Notes: a model not told the origin generated them from the letters alone. Counted from the stretch's first letter, positions 37,686-50,512 are shown. The stretch is DNA of 64,000 nt from Glaucostegus cemiculus (GCA_976551045.1 CDPCPM010000233.1:7006001-7070000); one strand, 5' to 3'. A program made the numbers and translations.

Positions 37686-38141
37686 GATTACAATAAATAC
37701 TGACTTTGGCTAATTGGCCAAATAGCCAGGATCTATGGTGTTATGTTGATGCAACCTGATATCTATTAAGTACCAATATAGCATTTGTATGTTTTAACCA
37801 TTCAGATGCATTCAGTGAAAGATTCCATATATTGCACATTAATATGCTTCCTTCAGCAATTTCAAGTGAAATTAATTATGAGACAAATAGCATAAATCCC
37901 TAATATGTTGGAGTTTAAATGAACTAACAAAATGCAGTTTCCCTGTACAGCATTATTAGCCACTCATCCTGCAATTCATCAATGTATGTACCCTTACCTT
38001 CAATGTGTACCTGCACATAGTAAGTGATAGCAATAAAACTCTTTCAGAATGCATAATATTTTAAGAGAATTGTATTTCTAACTATTCATTTATTGTGAGT
38101 TGTTGTCCTTGATGCTCATTAGTGCTACTGGTTAACATCAG

Positions 38142-38441
38142 ATCCACCAGAATTTGATCAGGATGTGCTTGACCAACTGGGAAAGAAACCTATACTTGTT
38201 AAGGCTGGTCATACTGCAACAGTGAAAGTACCATTCGCAGGAAAACCACCAATGAAGGTGTCTTGGTACAAGGATGGGGATGAACTGTTCAACGACAACA
38301 GGATCAAAATTGATAATATTGGAAATTTTACACGATTGTCAATCTCCAACTGCAATAGAAAGGACAGTGGAAATTTAACAGTTAAATTGAAGAATGAAAG
38401 TGGTACAGCAAGTACAAACAACATTAACCTGTGTGTCACTG
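38142..38441 (+). CDS. IGFN1: IGFN1 coding exon 14, Ig domain (DPPEFDQ..VKAGHTATVKVPFAGKPPMKVSWYKDG..DSG..KNESG)
   Basis: ATCAG acceptor, G|GTAATG donor, 300 nt, phase 1-1. Confidence 0.95.
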
Positions 38442-38713
38442 GTAATGTATCCTTTTATTCTTGTTCCTTTTGAAATACTTTCCACTTCATCTTCACTCAC
38501 CTGGTAGACATATCAAATTCAGATCCTGTCTGGTTAGGTAACACCTCTGTTCATATTTAGGTTATAAATAGGCCCTTGTGTGTTGATTTTTCCCCTTTGC
38601 CTAGCACCAGCCCCAGGTTGCTCTGTTTAGTTCACGGGGCTGGTAACTGACAGCAGTGGAGACTAATCCCTCTCATGGTTCTTTTCCCCATGACTGGAAA
38701 AAAAAGCTGGACT

Positions 38714-38782
38714 TAGAACATAGAACATAGATACCTACAGCACAATTCAGGCCCTTCGGCCCACAAAGCTGTGCCGAACATG
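38714..38782 (-). mobile_element. Ultra-short CR1 3' end (second subfamily)
   Basis: Reverse complement CATGTTCGGCACAGCTTTGTGGGCCGAAGGGCCTGAATTGTGCTGTAGGTATCTA(TGTTCTA)2. Confidence 0.8.
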
Positions 38783-39418
38783 ACCCCATTTCCATTTGAC
38801 TTCATTTCCATTTAGTTGAGATTGGAAAATGCTTAGAGTGCCTATGGTTTTCTGCATGGGCATCTCAAAGTTGTTCCACTGTGTTTTCATAACTATTGTT
38901 ATTATAACTGTAAGAATGTTTAAGGATCAATATTATTATGGGTAGCAGTATACTTTTGTACTATTTCAGACACTAATGCACCATATCCTGTGCAGAAATC
39001 ACTCATTACATCTCTTGGTCATCTGAAAATAAACACAATGTACACTATAGATATGAGTTTTAAAGTCTTATTAAGAAACAGAGTTCAGGGGATGGTACAG
39101 GGTTGTCTGAAAATGAACAATACAGGGTACTAGTACCATGATCAAGGCCCATGAGTTTCAGAGCCATTATGAATTTTGTTAATTTTTGCTGTGTTGAATA
39201 TAAAAGAGCATTATCAATGTGTTGCCGGAATATAGAATGTGGGGTTGTAACATTCCATAAAGTCTCTTGAATCTGCAAATATTCATAAATTGCCAAGTTT
39301 TCCTTGATATCACCTGAAACCTTTACCCCTTAGCATGTCAACTCTTATGCCAGGAAAAATAATATTCAGTTTGATTTGAAACCAAATTATTGAAGGTTTT
39401 ATTGATGATCTTTTTCAG

Positions 39419-39718
39419 ATAAACCACAGATACCTCAGGGGCCGGTAGAGGTTCTTGAAAGTTCTGAAGGTTGTATCTCCTTTAAATGGAAACCACCCAA
39501 AGATGATGGCGGTAATCCTATAAAAAACTACATAATTGAAAGACAACAGGTAGGAAGAAGTACGTGGACTAAAGTTGGTGAAGTGGATGAATCAAATACA
39601 ATGTTTTCTTTTACCAAAGTGGAACCTGGAAAGAATTACAAATTCAAAATTTGGGCAGTGAATTCTGAAGGTGTAAGTGAGGCATTGGTATCAGATGCAG
39701 TCACAGCTGGTAGAAGAG
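39419..39718 (+). CDS. IGFN1: IGFN1 coding exon 15, FN3 (DKPQIPQGPVEV..WKPPKDDGGNPIKNYIIER..YKFKIWAVNSEG)
   Basis: TTTCAG acceptor, G|GTGGGT donor, titin/MyBP-C type FN3 motifs. Confidence 0.95.
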
Positions 39719-39816
39719 GTGGGTTCTTGTAATGTTGAACCAAGTCCTGCTCATTTTTATATAAAGCTCCAAGATAGCCACCAAAAATAACATTTGGTGA
39801 TAAATATATTTTCCAG

Positions 39817-39990
39817 CTGTTCCTGGACCTGTTGCAACACCAAAAATCATGAATGCAAACAGCAAGTCCATTACATTGTCATGGTCTCCCCCAAAAAAGA
39901 TTGGAAGTTCCAGCTTAATTGGTTATGTCATAGAAAAGCGCAAGAAGGGCAGCAACACATGGACTGTTGTCACTGACCCACCAATTACAG
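39817..39990 (+). CDS. IGFN1: IGFN1 coding exon 16, first part of FN3 (AVPGP..ITLSWSPP..GYVIEKRKKGSNTW)
   Basis: TTCCAG acceptor, G|GTAATA donor. Confidence 0.94.
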
Positions 39991-40091
39991 GTAATAGAGG
40001 CTTAAACCATTTTCAGAAAACTACTCAAGAATTATTAACTATTTAATGTATGATGCATTCATACCAATACTTAACAACTAATTTCACACGC

Positions 40092-40265
40092 AGAAACAAG
40101 AATGTGTGAAATAAATACAGCAGGTCAGGCAACATCTGTGGGAAAGAAACAGTTTCTCTTCCCAATGAAGGGTCCCTGACCTGAAATGTTCATTCTGTTT
40201 CACAAAATGCTGCCTGACCTGCTAAGTATTTCCAGCATTTTCTGTTTTTATTTTAGATTTCCACG
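40092..40265. repeat. Penelope pLTR-derived fold-back element
   Basis: CAGCAGGTCAGGCAACATCTGTG ... CACAAAATGCTGCCTGACCTGCTAAG inverted arms. Confidence 0.75.
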
Positions 40266-40943
40266 ACATTCGAGTTTTATTTATTTTCAACTTATTTCAC
40301 ATAACAGGTCACCATATTACTTAAGAAATAGCGAAGATCACAAACTCCATTTAGGAATCTTGCTAACATTTGAAGTGAATTTTAATGCTCTAAATTAATC
40401 TAGCCAACCTGCCAGACAACTACCATAAATGGGTGATAGCTAAAATCTCTGCCTCTGAGAAAAATGTTAAATGAGGCAAAATATTCACATTTATTATTTT
40501 GCCAGAAGAAAAATGTACTTTAGAATAAGATTGCATAAATGCCTTGGCTTTCAATTTTAGCATGATTTTAAAAGAATCTAGAATAAAATTAACTATCTAC
40601 ATACAAAGAGACATCTAGATTCAGAATGAAAAATAAGGAGTTCAATGGTATGGGTCAGTTTGGTCTGCATGTATACAATCATATCTGTACTTAACAAACC
40701 CATTTTAAGTACAACTTAAAGATTGGTACATTTAAATCACAATGTTCTGTTTTTGCTGAAGCTGCTGGCATACAAACAAATCAGGGACATTTATCTGAAT
40801 TCTTAGAATCTGAAAAGTTAAAAATTAAAAACCAACATCCGTTTTAGTGGTACATAATGTTCATTCATTGAGCTAAACAATGGGCATGAAAGCTTCTTGA
40901 GGTTGCCATGATTCCTAAAATGTTTTGGACCTATTTTACACAG

Positions 40944-41072
40944 AAAGGAATTGGACAGTCACTGATGTTGTTGAAGGGCTAGAATATGAATTCCGAGTGA
41001 TTGCAGTGAACTCTTCTGGTTTGGGAGAACCCAGCTGTGAAACTGATTCTGTGTTTGCTCGGGAACCCATAA
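40944..41072 (+). CDS. IGFN1: IGFN1 coding exon 17, second part of FN3 (ERNWTVTDVVEGLEYEFRVIAVNSSGLGEPS..AREPI)
   Basis: ACACAG acceptor, A|GTAAGT donor, YEFRVxAVN motif. Confidence 0.95.
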
Positions 41073-42344
41073 GTAAGTCTTTCCTTGTTTACTTCGCCAA
41101 AAGGGTAATAGGTCAGAACAAGAGCATACAATGGTGCTTAAAGAGAAGCCATGGGTCAGAAATGTTACTGTGCTTGCTGAATTTATTGTCTGAACTTCGC
41201 TGGTAATTCAGTAATCTCCTCATGTTGTTTCACTTCTGAACTCTGCACGGAGTCCAATAATAGGGCTAGAGCTTGTCAAGATTCCCTAGCACTTATGTTA
41301 GGGAAGCTACTCTCAGAGCCTATAGCAGATTACATGTGGTGCTGGATTTGTGATCCATTTCATTTGCATGGGGATTGTATGGAAGCAGGGAAGAATGATA
41401 TGTATAAGGTAAATTATGCTATATTTAATTAGTCGTGTTTCATTTAAAATTATTTAAGAATGCTTTCAGTTGATTTTATTAATTATTTTCTGAAATACTC
41501 AATTGTTTATTTCATTTTTAATAGTTTTTGAATGTTTTTAAATGTCAAAAATATTGAAAAACTTACACAACCTTGCTAGACGTCAAAACTGGGGTGGGAC
41601 TTTGACATCTGTGTGAGGATGGATTATTTTGGGCCTATTTTCATGTTTCTTGAATCGTTGCTGCAGCTGAGTGCATCTTCCTTGGGCCACAGAGCCATCC
41701 TTGTAAGCAAGAGTGACCTTCTCCATCTTTCTGGCCTACTATGAATATAAGATCACAGGAAGTGAAATTACCCAGGAGTGACAAGAAGTACTGTCTATGA
41801 CTGTCAGTAATCTTGTTGGTCATCAAACAAATGAAGTCCTCTTTAAGTGTCGTTAATGTGAAGTTTCAAAACATTAAAGAATCCATTTGTATTCTACTGG
41901 TCGGATTATTGTTGTTCAGTATGTACCCTCATTTTTATACCCAAGAACGTTAGAGAAAATGCTGTAGCGATGTTACTTTATCAATAGTTATTTAATTATT
42001 TTGCCAGAGATGGAATTTATTGGAAATCACTTTAATCAATGGGGCTTTGTGAGAGAGGTACTTACCTTTCCCTTTCATCATCCAAGAACAAGAATCAGGT
42101 CAGTGAGATATCCTAATCTTAGTCTCCTGCCGCTCGCATCAGTTAATAAGGGCCACAGTGGGGGGGCTCTCCTTATGTTTCATGGGGAAATGTTAGATCT
42201 TCATTCAATCACACCCTTTGGTAGAAAAATTGAGAGAAAAGAAAGAGCAAGTAATTGGGATCGAAGGTGCCTGTTACTTGACCTGTTAAGGAGACCAAAT
42301 ATTATCTGTGCCTTCTGCTATATGTCAAATGTCTTTTCTGTTAA

Positions 42345-42565
42345 AGATGAGTCAAGCAGCATCTGGGGGAGGGTGGGGGTGGGAGGGGGGAAGGAAATGT
42401 TGATGTTTCGGGTTGAAACCCTTCATCAGGTCTCCAATGCAGGGTTTTCTCCCAAAATATTGACAATTCCTTTCTGCCCCCACAGATGCTGCTCAGCCTG
42501 CTGAATCCCTCCAGTGGATTGTTTGTTGTCGCTGATTCCAGCGTCTGCTGCATCTTTTGTCTCCA
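42345..42565. repeat. Penelope pLTR-derived fold-back element with hammerhead core remnant
   Basis: Inverted arms AGCAGCATCTGGGGG / CCCCACAGATGCTGCT. The minus strand at 42398-42430 reads CTGATGA-A-GGGTTTCAACCC-GAAAC-ATC. Confidence 0.75.
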
Positions 42566-43348
42566 GGCCCAATTTAATGTTGAGGAACAGTAATTCATGT
42601 TCTGACAGGTCATGGTGCATCTTGTGGGACTTTATATTGGATTCAACAATTCCAGGTAACTTGCTTTTCCTATTTGTGTCTGAGCAGGCTGGATCTGCTG
42701 TAAGCTTATTCATCTGCAATTTTAATTCAGATTTCCTCTCTCCACAGATATTGTCTGATCTGCTGCCACTTTCCAGTATTCTCTTTTTTGTTTCAGGTCT
42801 TATCAACTTTAAGCTGATTTCAGAGTTTGATCATGTCCTTTATTTTGTTTTCCCTCTCTCTGTCTCGATAATCTATCAATTATACGGTGGTCTCAATAGT
42901 AGAATCACCTCAGCAACCCTGGCCTCACCTCATTAGTGACATTTCTATCCATTTCTCCCCAACTCCCTTGCTTGCTCTCTTCCCCAGTTCTGATGATGGG
43001 TCTTCACTCCAAAGCATTAACTCTTTCCACAGATGATGCCTGAATTGTTTCTAACATTTTCTGTTTTTATTTCAGATTTCCAACAATTACAGCTGTTTTT
43101 GCCTTTTATGCAATATATCCAGGGTTTCTGGCAGAATGCACTGTGAGGAGAATACAAAGAGGCTTCACGAGGTTATAGATGGGCTGTGAATGGCTGAGGA
43201 CAGGGAAGATAGAACTAGAAGGGAGGAAAATAATTTATTGTCTGTTTTGATTTTCAACAAGATATGCAGCAACTATTGCATTAAATGAGTACGAGTTAAT
43301 TATGGTAGAGATAAACCCTGTTCATTTCATGTTTTCTTCTGCCTACAG

Positions 43349-43651
43349 GGCCACCTGGCACTGTGAGAGACCTCAGAATGACTGACTCCACCTTCTCAAC
43401 TATATCTCTGGCATGGACTCCACCAACATACCAGGGCAATGAAGCAGCAAAAAGTTACATTGTTGAAATGAAATCTTCTGGAAGTGCAGCTTGGACTATG
43501 TGCAGTCATGTTCCTATTGGAATGAATTCATATACTGTGAAAAATTTAAAACCGATGGGATCATATTTTTTCCGTGTGAGAGCTGTCAATGATGGTGGAA
43601 TGGGGGAGCCTTTAGAATTAGACAATTATGTCCTTGCCATGCCGCCACCAG
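43349..43651 (+). CDS. IGFN1: IGFN1 coding exon 18, FN3 (RPPGTVRDLRMTDST..ISLAWTPP..YFFRVRAVNDGG..AMPPP)
   Basis: CTACAG acceptor, G|GTAATT donor. Confidence 0.95.
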
Positions 43652-43834
43652 GTAATTATATTTCTGATTAATGCTTATTGATTTATCTGTATAGATTATC
43701 TGAATGCTGCCATGGTTCATTGGCCCTGAATGTAAATCAACAAGATTATTCTTCAAGTGAGAATGTTCTATTAGCTAAAAATCCATGAAAGTGCTGAGAA
43801 TTAGAAAGCGTGCTTGATATGTACAATACTACCA

Positions 43835-44260
43835 CGAGTTATACAGCATGGAAACAGACCATTGTCCTCAGCAACTATAGGCACCCATCTGTGTTACTCC
43901 CATCATCTAGCACTTGGCCCATAGCCTTCTATGCCTAGGCCTTTGAAGTAATCGTCTAGGAACTTCTTCAATGCTGTCAGTGACTCTGCTTCCACCATCC
44001 TTCCCGTCAGTACTTTCCAGGTACTCACCACTCTCTGGGTGAAAAGGTCCCACTCTAAATTTCCCATCCCTTATCTTAAATCTATGCTCTCTAATTTTAT
44101 CTACCACTGATATGGTAAAGGGTCTACCCTATCCATACCCCTCATAATTTTATACACCTCAATCACATTGCTTTTTAACCTCTTCCTTTCCAGGGAAAAC
44201 AGATCTAACCTCTCCAGTCTCTCCTCTTGATTGAAACATTCCATTGCAACATTCCAAGCT
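43835..44260 (-). mobile_element. CR1 LINE 3' fragment
   Basis: Minus remnant VDKIREHRFKIRDGKFR... plus CR1 3'UTR. Confidence 0.7.
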
Positions 44261-45280
44261 CAGGCAACTTCCTTGGATCCATCGACACCTGAAAGTTGTT
44301 TAAGTTATTCAGACAGAGAAATCCATATCCTACAAAAATATAAGTACCTCATTCTGTCTGTTGATCCACCCATTATTTTTTGTTTCTATACACAAAGGTT
44401 AAAGGTTTATGGTTGCTTGACTCGGCACGTATAAATGAAAATCATGTCAATCGTAGATTGAGGGGTCAAATCAAAAATGAAAGTCTGTTGTTTGAATGCT
44501 GAACATGAGGGACCATCTGTTAGATAGCGGTGCTTAGAGCAGAATGGTCAGTGAAGAAATTCTTTGGACCAGGCCTTGTACAATCATGCTCGAAGCACTG
44601 TCTAATGCAGGTCCCCAAAACAGCAAGTTTAAGGTCACTTTTAATTTCTCAGTTTATCACCAGAAAGTTATTTTACCTCTTTTATATTAAACAGGAATTT
44701 ATTTCATTTAAGCACTGACTTTTTAAAGATTTACAACTGAAGATCCAATGACATTTTTGCTAACATTTCTATCCAGTTAATTTTCAGCAAATAAGAATTT
44801 TCTGCAGATCTCTATTTAATCTTGCTGAAACTATCTGTTGCCTTTATTAATGGACTCTTAAGTATTCTTTTCTATTTTGCACATGACCTAATTATTGTAC
44901 GTTCACTCTTCTCCAATTATTCTCCAATTCTTATATCTGTTAGTTCACTGCTTTCATTTTCCAGACATTGCTACCCACCATTATTCACATCTCCAGATGC
45001 ACCAACCATTGAAGATTTTCAAATATAGAGGCTATTATGTAGATAAAAATGACAATCAAATTGCTCCAGTTATAGGCCACATGAAGAAATATAACACTCC
45101 AATAAATGATCAAATAACCTATTTAATGGTTGAATAGAGGGCTAAATGACAGCCAAGGCAATGGAAGTGTAGAAGATTTCATTTTGCTCTTAAATATTTA
45201 TAAGTCCTCTTAGATAAGCCAACCATGAACACATTGAACCAAAACCAACCAAGCTTCCTTACAAATACTTAAGTCATTAC

Positions 45281-46023
45281 GGTTATGAACCAGCAACAAA
45301 AGAAACACACCAAGTCATAATTGTGTTAAAAACTATTCTATTAATAACTACTTACGATAGTAAGAAAACTAAAGGTAAAAATGTTAGAATGTTAGAAGCA
45401 AAAATGTTAAACCTTAAACATTAACCCCAAAAACTAATCCTGTTATGTGTGTGTGGCAAATTCCTAAATTCGAAGTCCAGGAATGGTTCTTAAAGTTCAG
45501 TTCAGCAAGTCGTAAGGTGAAACATGAGTAAATGCTTCTTCACAACCACCGTTGACTGAAGACAAAACATAGATGTGGAGAGGACATAGAGTGTAATTAC
45601 AAAATCCAAGTGTTCCACTTGGAACCCAAACAACACATCAGTGTTTACTCGGTAGTGACTTCCTCACCCCGAAAAACCTCTGAATCGTAGCCATCCACAC
45701 AAGTACCTGTTTCCCTCTACAGGTTAGCAACAAAGTGAACTCGACTACTTTGTTTCAAAGCATCTGCCACTCCCAAAAGCATCTGAGATGTGACCGTCCA
45801 CGCAAATACCTGTTTCCCTCTACAGGTTAACGACAAAATGGACTCCACTGGATTACTCCAAAAAAATCCATACGTGGATTGTAGTGACAGACACTGTTAT
45901 TGTTTTTCATCCATCAATAGAGACTGGCAGGCTGCTCTCTCTCTCTCTCTCGCTCGCTCAGACTCCAACTGACTTCTTCAACAACATCATTACGTCCTTT
46001 ATCTTCTGTTGACATAAGCACAC

Positions 46024-46056
<33 letters not shown>

Positions 46057-46116
46057 AGACACACACAATGCCCTATCTTAAAGGGACATTAACTATTAGT
46101 AACCTAGTCCATAACA
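45281..46116 (-). mobile_element. Solo LTR (836 bp) with 5-bp target-site duplication ATTAC
   Basis: ATTAC at 45276-80 and 46117-21. Termini (G)GTTATGAAC ... GTCCATAACA form an inverted repeat of TG...CA type, with the first T replaced by G. Orientation is inferred from a decayed polyA-signal-like motif near 45340. Confidence 0.8.
46016..46067. repeat. (CA)n microsatellite inside the solo LTR
   Basis: CACACCACACACACACACACACACACACACACAGACACAGACACACAC. Confidence 0.95.
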
Positions 46117-46221
46117 ATTACACAGTGTCTATTATACACCAATGATATCATTTAAATTGCAAAGATTTATAATCTCTTCTAATTCCAGAAATTTATGCCT
46201 TACCTCCTTCTTCTATTTCAG

Positions 46222-46310
46222 TGCCCCCCAAGTTTAAATTGAATGAATCCTTCAAAAGTTTTATGATCATCAAAGAAGGAAATTCACTTCAAGTCCAGAT
46301 GCCATTTCAA
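46222..46310 (+). CDS. IGFN1: IGFN1 coding exon 19 (VPPKFKLNESFKSFMIIKEGNSLQVQMPFQ)
   Basis: TTTCAG acceptor, CAA|GTGAGG donor, phase 1 to 0. Confidence 0.93.
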
Positions 46311-46396
46311 GTGAGGAGCTCACTTTATCTGTTTTATTTATTTCTTCATATTTTAATCATAGATTGCAAGTTTACTCATTTTTTGTATATCTTTAG

Positions 46397-46589
46397 GCAT
46401 CACCTCCTCCTGAAGTAATTTGGCTCAAAGATGGATTACCTTTATCAAAACAAACTTCAGTAACCAATACCAATAACGGCACTCAGCTTTTTATTCCAGC
46501 TTGTCAAAGATCTGACTCTGGAATTTATTCCATAACACTGAAGAATCCTTTCGGACAAGATTCATTTAGTTTTGAGATAAGAGCTACAG
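46397..46589 (+). CDS. IGFN1: IGFN1 coding exon 20 (ASPPPEVIWLKDG..QRSDSGIYSITLKNPFG..EIRAT)
   Basis: CTTTAG acceptor, G|GTATTT donor, Ig motifs. Confidence 0.94.
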
Positions 46590-47164
46590 GTATTTAAATG
46601 TCTTTACTTTCATTCTTCATATAAAAATTTGGAGATCTTCCAATTAGATCAATAAATTAAAGATGGAAGAACTCAACGCAGGGTTTCTACCTGAAACAGC
46701 AACAATTCCTTCTCCCTCCCCCCAGATGCTACTCAACCCACTGAGTTCCTCCAGCAGACTGCTTGTTGTGCCAGATTCACCATCTCCAGCCTCTTTGTCT
46801 CCAATAAATGAAAGAACATGCTTTCTGAGCTAATTTCATAATCACAGAATGTTCCAATCCAATTTAAACCTAATAACTGCTTTTATACCCTGTTCATTAT
46901 TGCTGTTTAAGGAAATGCAGTAATCAATTTATGCACAGCATGGTTTCACAAATTGTAGTGCAATCAGCAGCAAAATTTGCATTTATTTTGTACCTTTTAA
47001 TCTGGTAAAAAGTCCTAATGTACTTTTGGAGATTGTGCAAGGTATAAGAGTTGTCTCATATCTGCAGATGTTAAGGAGGCTGTGGAGATGTGCATCAAGA
47101 AGGCAGTGAAACTAATCCATTTCCTTTATGTTTAAATGGTATAGAGGAAAACAATCCCAAATGT

Positions 47165-47351
47165 CAGAATCAGATTTATTATCACTGTCTTATATGATGT
47201 GAAATTAGTTGTTCTGTGGCAGCAGTACAGTACAAGGACATAAAATTGCTATAAATGACAAAATAAATAGTGCAAAAAAGGAAATAACAAGGTAGTGTTC
47301 ATGGGTTCATGAACCACTCAGAAATCTGATGGCAGAGGGAAAAAGCTGTTT
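47165..47351 (-). mobile_element. Rex1/Babar LINE 3' end, same family as 6591-6895
   Basis: Reverse complement AAACAGCTTTTTCCCTCTGCCATCAGATTTCTGAGTGG..CATGAACCCATGAACACTAC..ATAATAAATCTGATTCTG matches 6701-6895. Confidence 0.85.
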
Positions 47352-47863
47352 ATTTAAATAGTACTCTAAGATCTATTTCCCTGGTTCAATTCAAAGGACT
47401 GCACTTTGAATTTGAAAGCCTCCTTCAAGGCCTGCAAATGAGGGCAATTAGTGGAAATTCCTGTGTGTAATTGATTCATCCTGGAGGAATGGCCAGTTTC
47501 AAGGGGATGCTTCCAATGCAGCACAAGTTGTGATTAACAACAAAAAAAATTCTGTTTAAAATTCTGGAATGTTTTGTGTCAGTTATATATCTGCTGAATA
47601 GAGCGTCAAAATTAAAAAAAACTATATAACGTAGACTCTCAGCCAACACATATTAATTTGTAATGGCACAATTCCACCTCTTTTGAATTTAAAGAATAGA
47701 TTGGCTTATCTTACTTTCTTTTGTCTGTTAGTCATGAGGGTTAGACATATGTAATTGTGAATTATCTGTAGCTTTGCATGAAGAACATTATTGGAATCAA
47801 ATGATTAAAACACTCAAATAATTTATGTGCATCTATAATTTTCCTGCTGTTATTATTCTGCAG

Positions 47864-48163
47864 CTATCCCCAAACCTCCAGGTCTGGTGACACTGAATGA
47901 AAATGTCCCAAATACAGTGACAGTTTCTTGGGAACCATCCAGAGATGAACCTCTTGATGACCATCTGCATTATGTTGTCAAGAAAAGAGATTCAAGCCGA
48001 CAAATGTGGCACACCGTGGGAGATAACATCTTTAACAATAAATTTACGGTCATAAATGTGATTCCAGGCCGTAAATACTACTTTAGGGTTCTGGCAAAAA
48101 ATGACTTGGGTTATAGTGAACCTTCAGACACACAGGAGCCATGGTGCATTACAAAGCAAAGAG
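47864..48163 (+). CDS. IGFN1: IGFN1 coding exon 21, FN3 (AIPKPPG..VTVSWEPS..PGRKYYFRVLAKNDLG)
   Basis: CTGCAG acceptor, G|GTATGT donor. Confidence 0.95.
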
Positions 48164-49401
48164 GTATGTCATTTTTGCCGCCATTTTAGGTTTTGCTAAC
48201 AGTTGCAACACCTAAAACAGAGTTCCCAGATTTAAATTCCACATATTTAACCCAATTGTTCTACACTTGAAGCATTTGAGCAAAAGTACTTTTGCATAAT
48301 TAGAATAAGGATAATCTGAAACATATTTCATATGGAATAGATTGCCTTGAAAATTATTCCAGCTCAGTAGCACTAATCTTACAATATAGCAACTGTTCCA
48401 TATTTTCTGCTTCTGAAATTTGTTCCGCTGACTTCAATGGAACCAAATTTCAGTAACAGACTAAAATACCCAGCTACTGCTATAGATCACATGACTCGAG
48501 ATAGATTTCTAGACATGAAAGAATTAGAAATAAAAGATGAAAACTTACAAACTGAAGCTTTGCATAAGATATGATTTTTATCTTAATAGTTATTTACTTT
48601 AAATATTCAGGCACTTGGAGCCTCTAATATTCACCTTGAATATTGTCAATGTTCAACTGACTAACACCAAAATTCTTGTGTTGCATCAGATTGGCTCCAA
48701 TGTTTTTCTATCTTTGTTCTTTTCCAAAAGAATTGACATTTCACATTAGAAAAGAAAATTTATCAGAATAGTTCAATATCCTATCTTATCTTATCTTATC
48801 ATATCAAAGATAAGACATTTCAAATAGACCAGAAGATCTAGTATTTGTTCTCCTGGGAAGTAGGTCAAGAGGAGGTTTCATAGTGGATAATGTAATCTTG
48901 GCAGATTTTGATAATGTGAACTGGGAAAAACTGTGCTCAATGATTATAGTATATAGATGTAATGTGACTGCCAAAAGGTCCTGGATGACAGGAGGAGAAT
49001 TTCTTTCAGCAGCAAGTAGCCAATAAGGAATTGGCTAAATAGTTGTAGATTAAAAGAAATGCAAAGCAATGGGGGAAAAAGTGGGAGGAGGCATGGTATA
49101 GAATGAAGTGGATTACTCTGCAGAGAACACCACAGACACACTCTGTTGTAACAATTCTGGATCCTATTGCCCACAATATCAAAAACTTCATCCCAATTGA
49201 AAGAGCTAAGCACAACTATACATTCAATTGATATCAATGGAACCAAATATCAGAAGGGGAGTGAAACTCACAGTCTTGCTATATAGTACATTTAGCATTA
49301 CTGAATGGATGTGAATTTCCAAATCTTTGATTCTATGAAATTGTTTCTGCTGTGGCAAAGTTCAAAAATATTGAGGTTAATGATCATGTTTCTTTTCCCA
49401 G

Positions 49402-49728
49402 ATCCATTTACTTTAAAATTCCCAGACTACAAGGATGTGAATAATATGAGAGCCCCTGAATTTACTGTGAAGTTAAAGACTCATGTTGCACCCACTGGAA
49501 CTGACGTTTGCATGAGCTGTGCTGTTAAAGGGTACCCACCACCTAATGTGACCTGGTTCAAAAATAATATAACTATCATGAGCAATGCAAATTTCTGGTC
49601 GACAAATGTCTGTGGGGTTTGTTCCCTTTGCATCTTTGGTGCAAGCCCAAAAGAAACTGGAGAATATATGGCCATTGCAGAGAATTCAGTTGGAAGAGCT
49701 ACCTGCTCAACCAGGTTAACAATCAAAG
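49402..49728 (+). CDS. IGFN1: IGFN1 coding exon 22, C-terminal Ig (APEFTVKLK..MSCAVKGYPPPNVTWFKN..GEYMAIAENSVG..LTIK)
   Basis: CCCAG acceptor, G|GTAAAT donor; resembles the MyBP-C C10 domain. Confidence 0.95.
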
Positions 49729-50507
49729 GTAAATATAGGAATTTCACATTTTTATTACTTATGTGTGCAGCTTAGGTATGTGAAAGATAACGTGACGGAC
49801 TCGTGAGATAATGTTCACATGAATGAGTTATGAGCAGTAAATGAGTTCTCAGTTTTGAATAAGCCCAAAGGGTGAGGTCTTGGGTCTTGCCACATTCAAA
49901 GAAATCTGAAAACCTAACTTATTTTGTGTCATGGACAATTTAGAAGCAAAGAATTTGATACTTGTTGAAGAGAAATGAAAGATGTAAACTGCAATTATAA
50001 TAGTAAATCCTCTGCAGTATTGCTCAATTGGCTGTATGATTTTGATGTTTATCAAAGTGTTTCTGAATCTTGCTCACAATGGCAGTTTGCTCATCATCAG
50101 AAAAGAGAGACATCTCCCAATTTAATTTAAGTCAATAAGACGCATGCTGACACACCAGTACCCACTTCAAACAATTGTGAATGGGTGAGATTTATCCCAC
50201 TTACTGCAAGCACAATATGCAAGGCCAGAATCAAGTATTCCTAGCACAGCCCTATCTACCTCATTCCAGACATCATTATCAATTTAGATTTGTTTCAATA
50301 GTTTAAACTGGATTTAAAGCCAACAAGATACCACCACAAAGTATCATTGTTTCAGTACATCTTTAAGACCCTTCTCAGATAATTTATTTTGGTTGCACAT
50401 TTCCTTTTGCACTTCAAATTTATATTATTACTACAACACTTTAATATGCTGTTGCATGGGAATAGTAGAGCTGTAAAAAAAACTGATGGTTTCACTTTGT
50501 TTTACAG

Positions 50508-50512
50508 AATGA
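50508..50512 (+). CDS. IGFN1: IGFN1 last coding exon (completes Glu, then TGA); 3'UTR follows
   Basis: Pyrimidine tract TTTCACTTTGTTTTACAG|AATGA; the summed CDS of 6222 nt is divisible by 3. Confidence 0.75.

Noticed and set aside
8033-50512. Alternative identity as MYBPC1/2/3, IGSF22 or a titin fragment
   Set aside because: The IPEGCSxPD N-terminal motif, the giant Gly-rich central exon and the Ig-Ig-FN3-FN3-FN3-Ig-FN3-Ig C-terminus fit IGFN1 best. MyBP-C has only two consecutive FN3 domains and no such insert.
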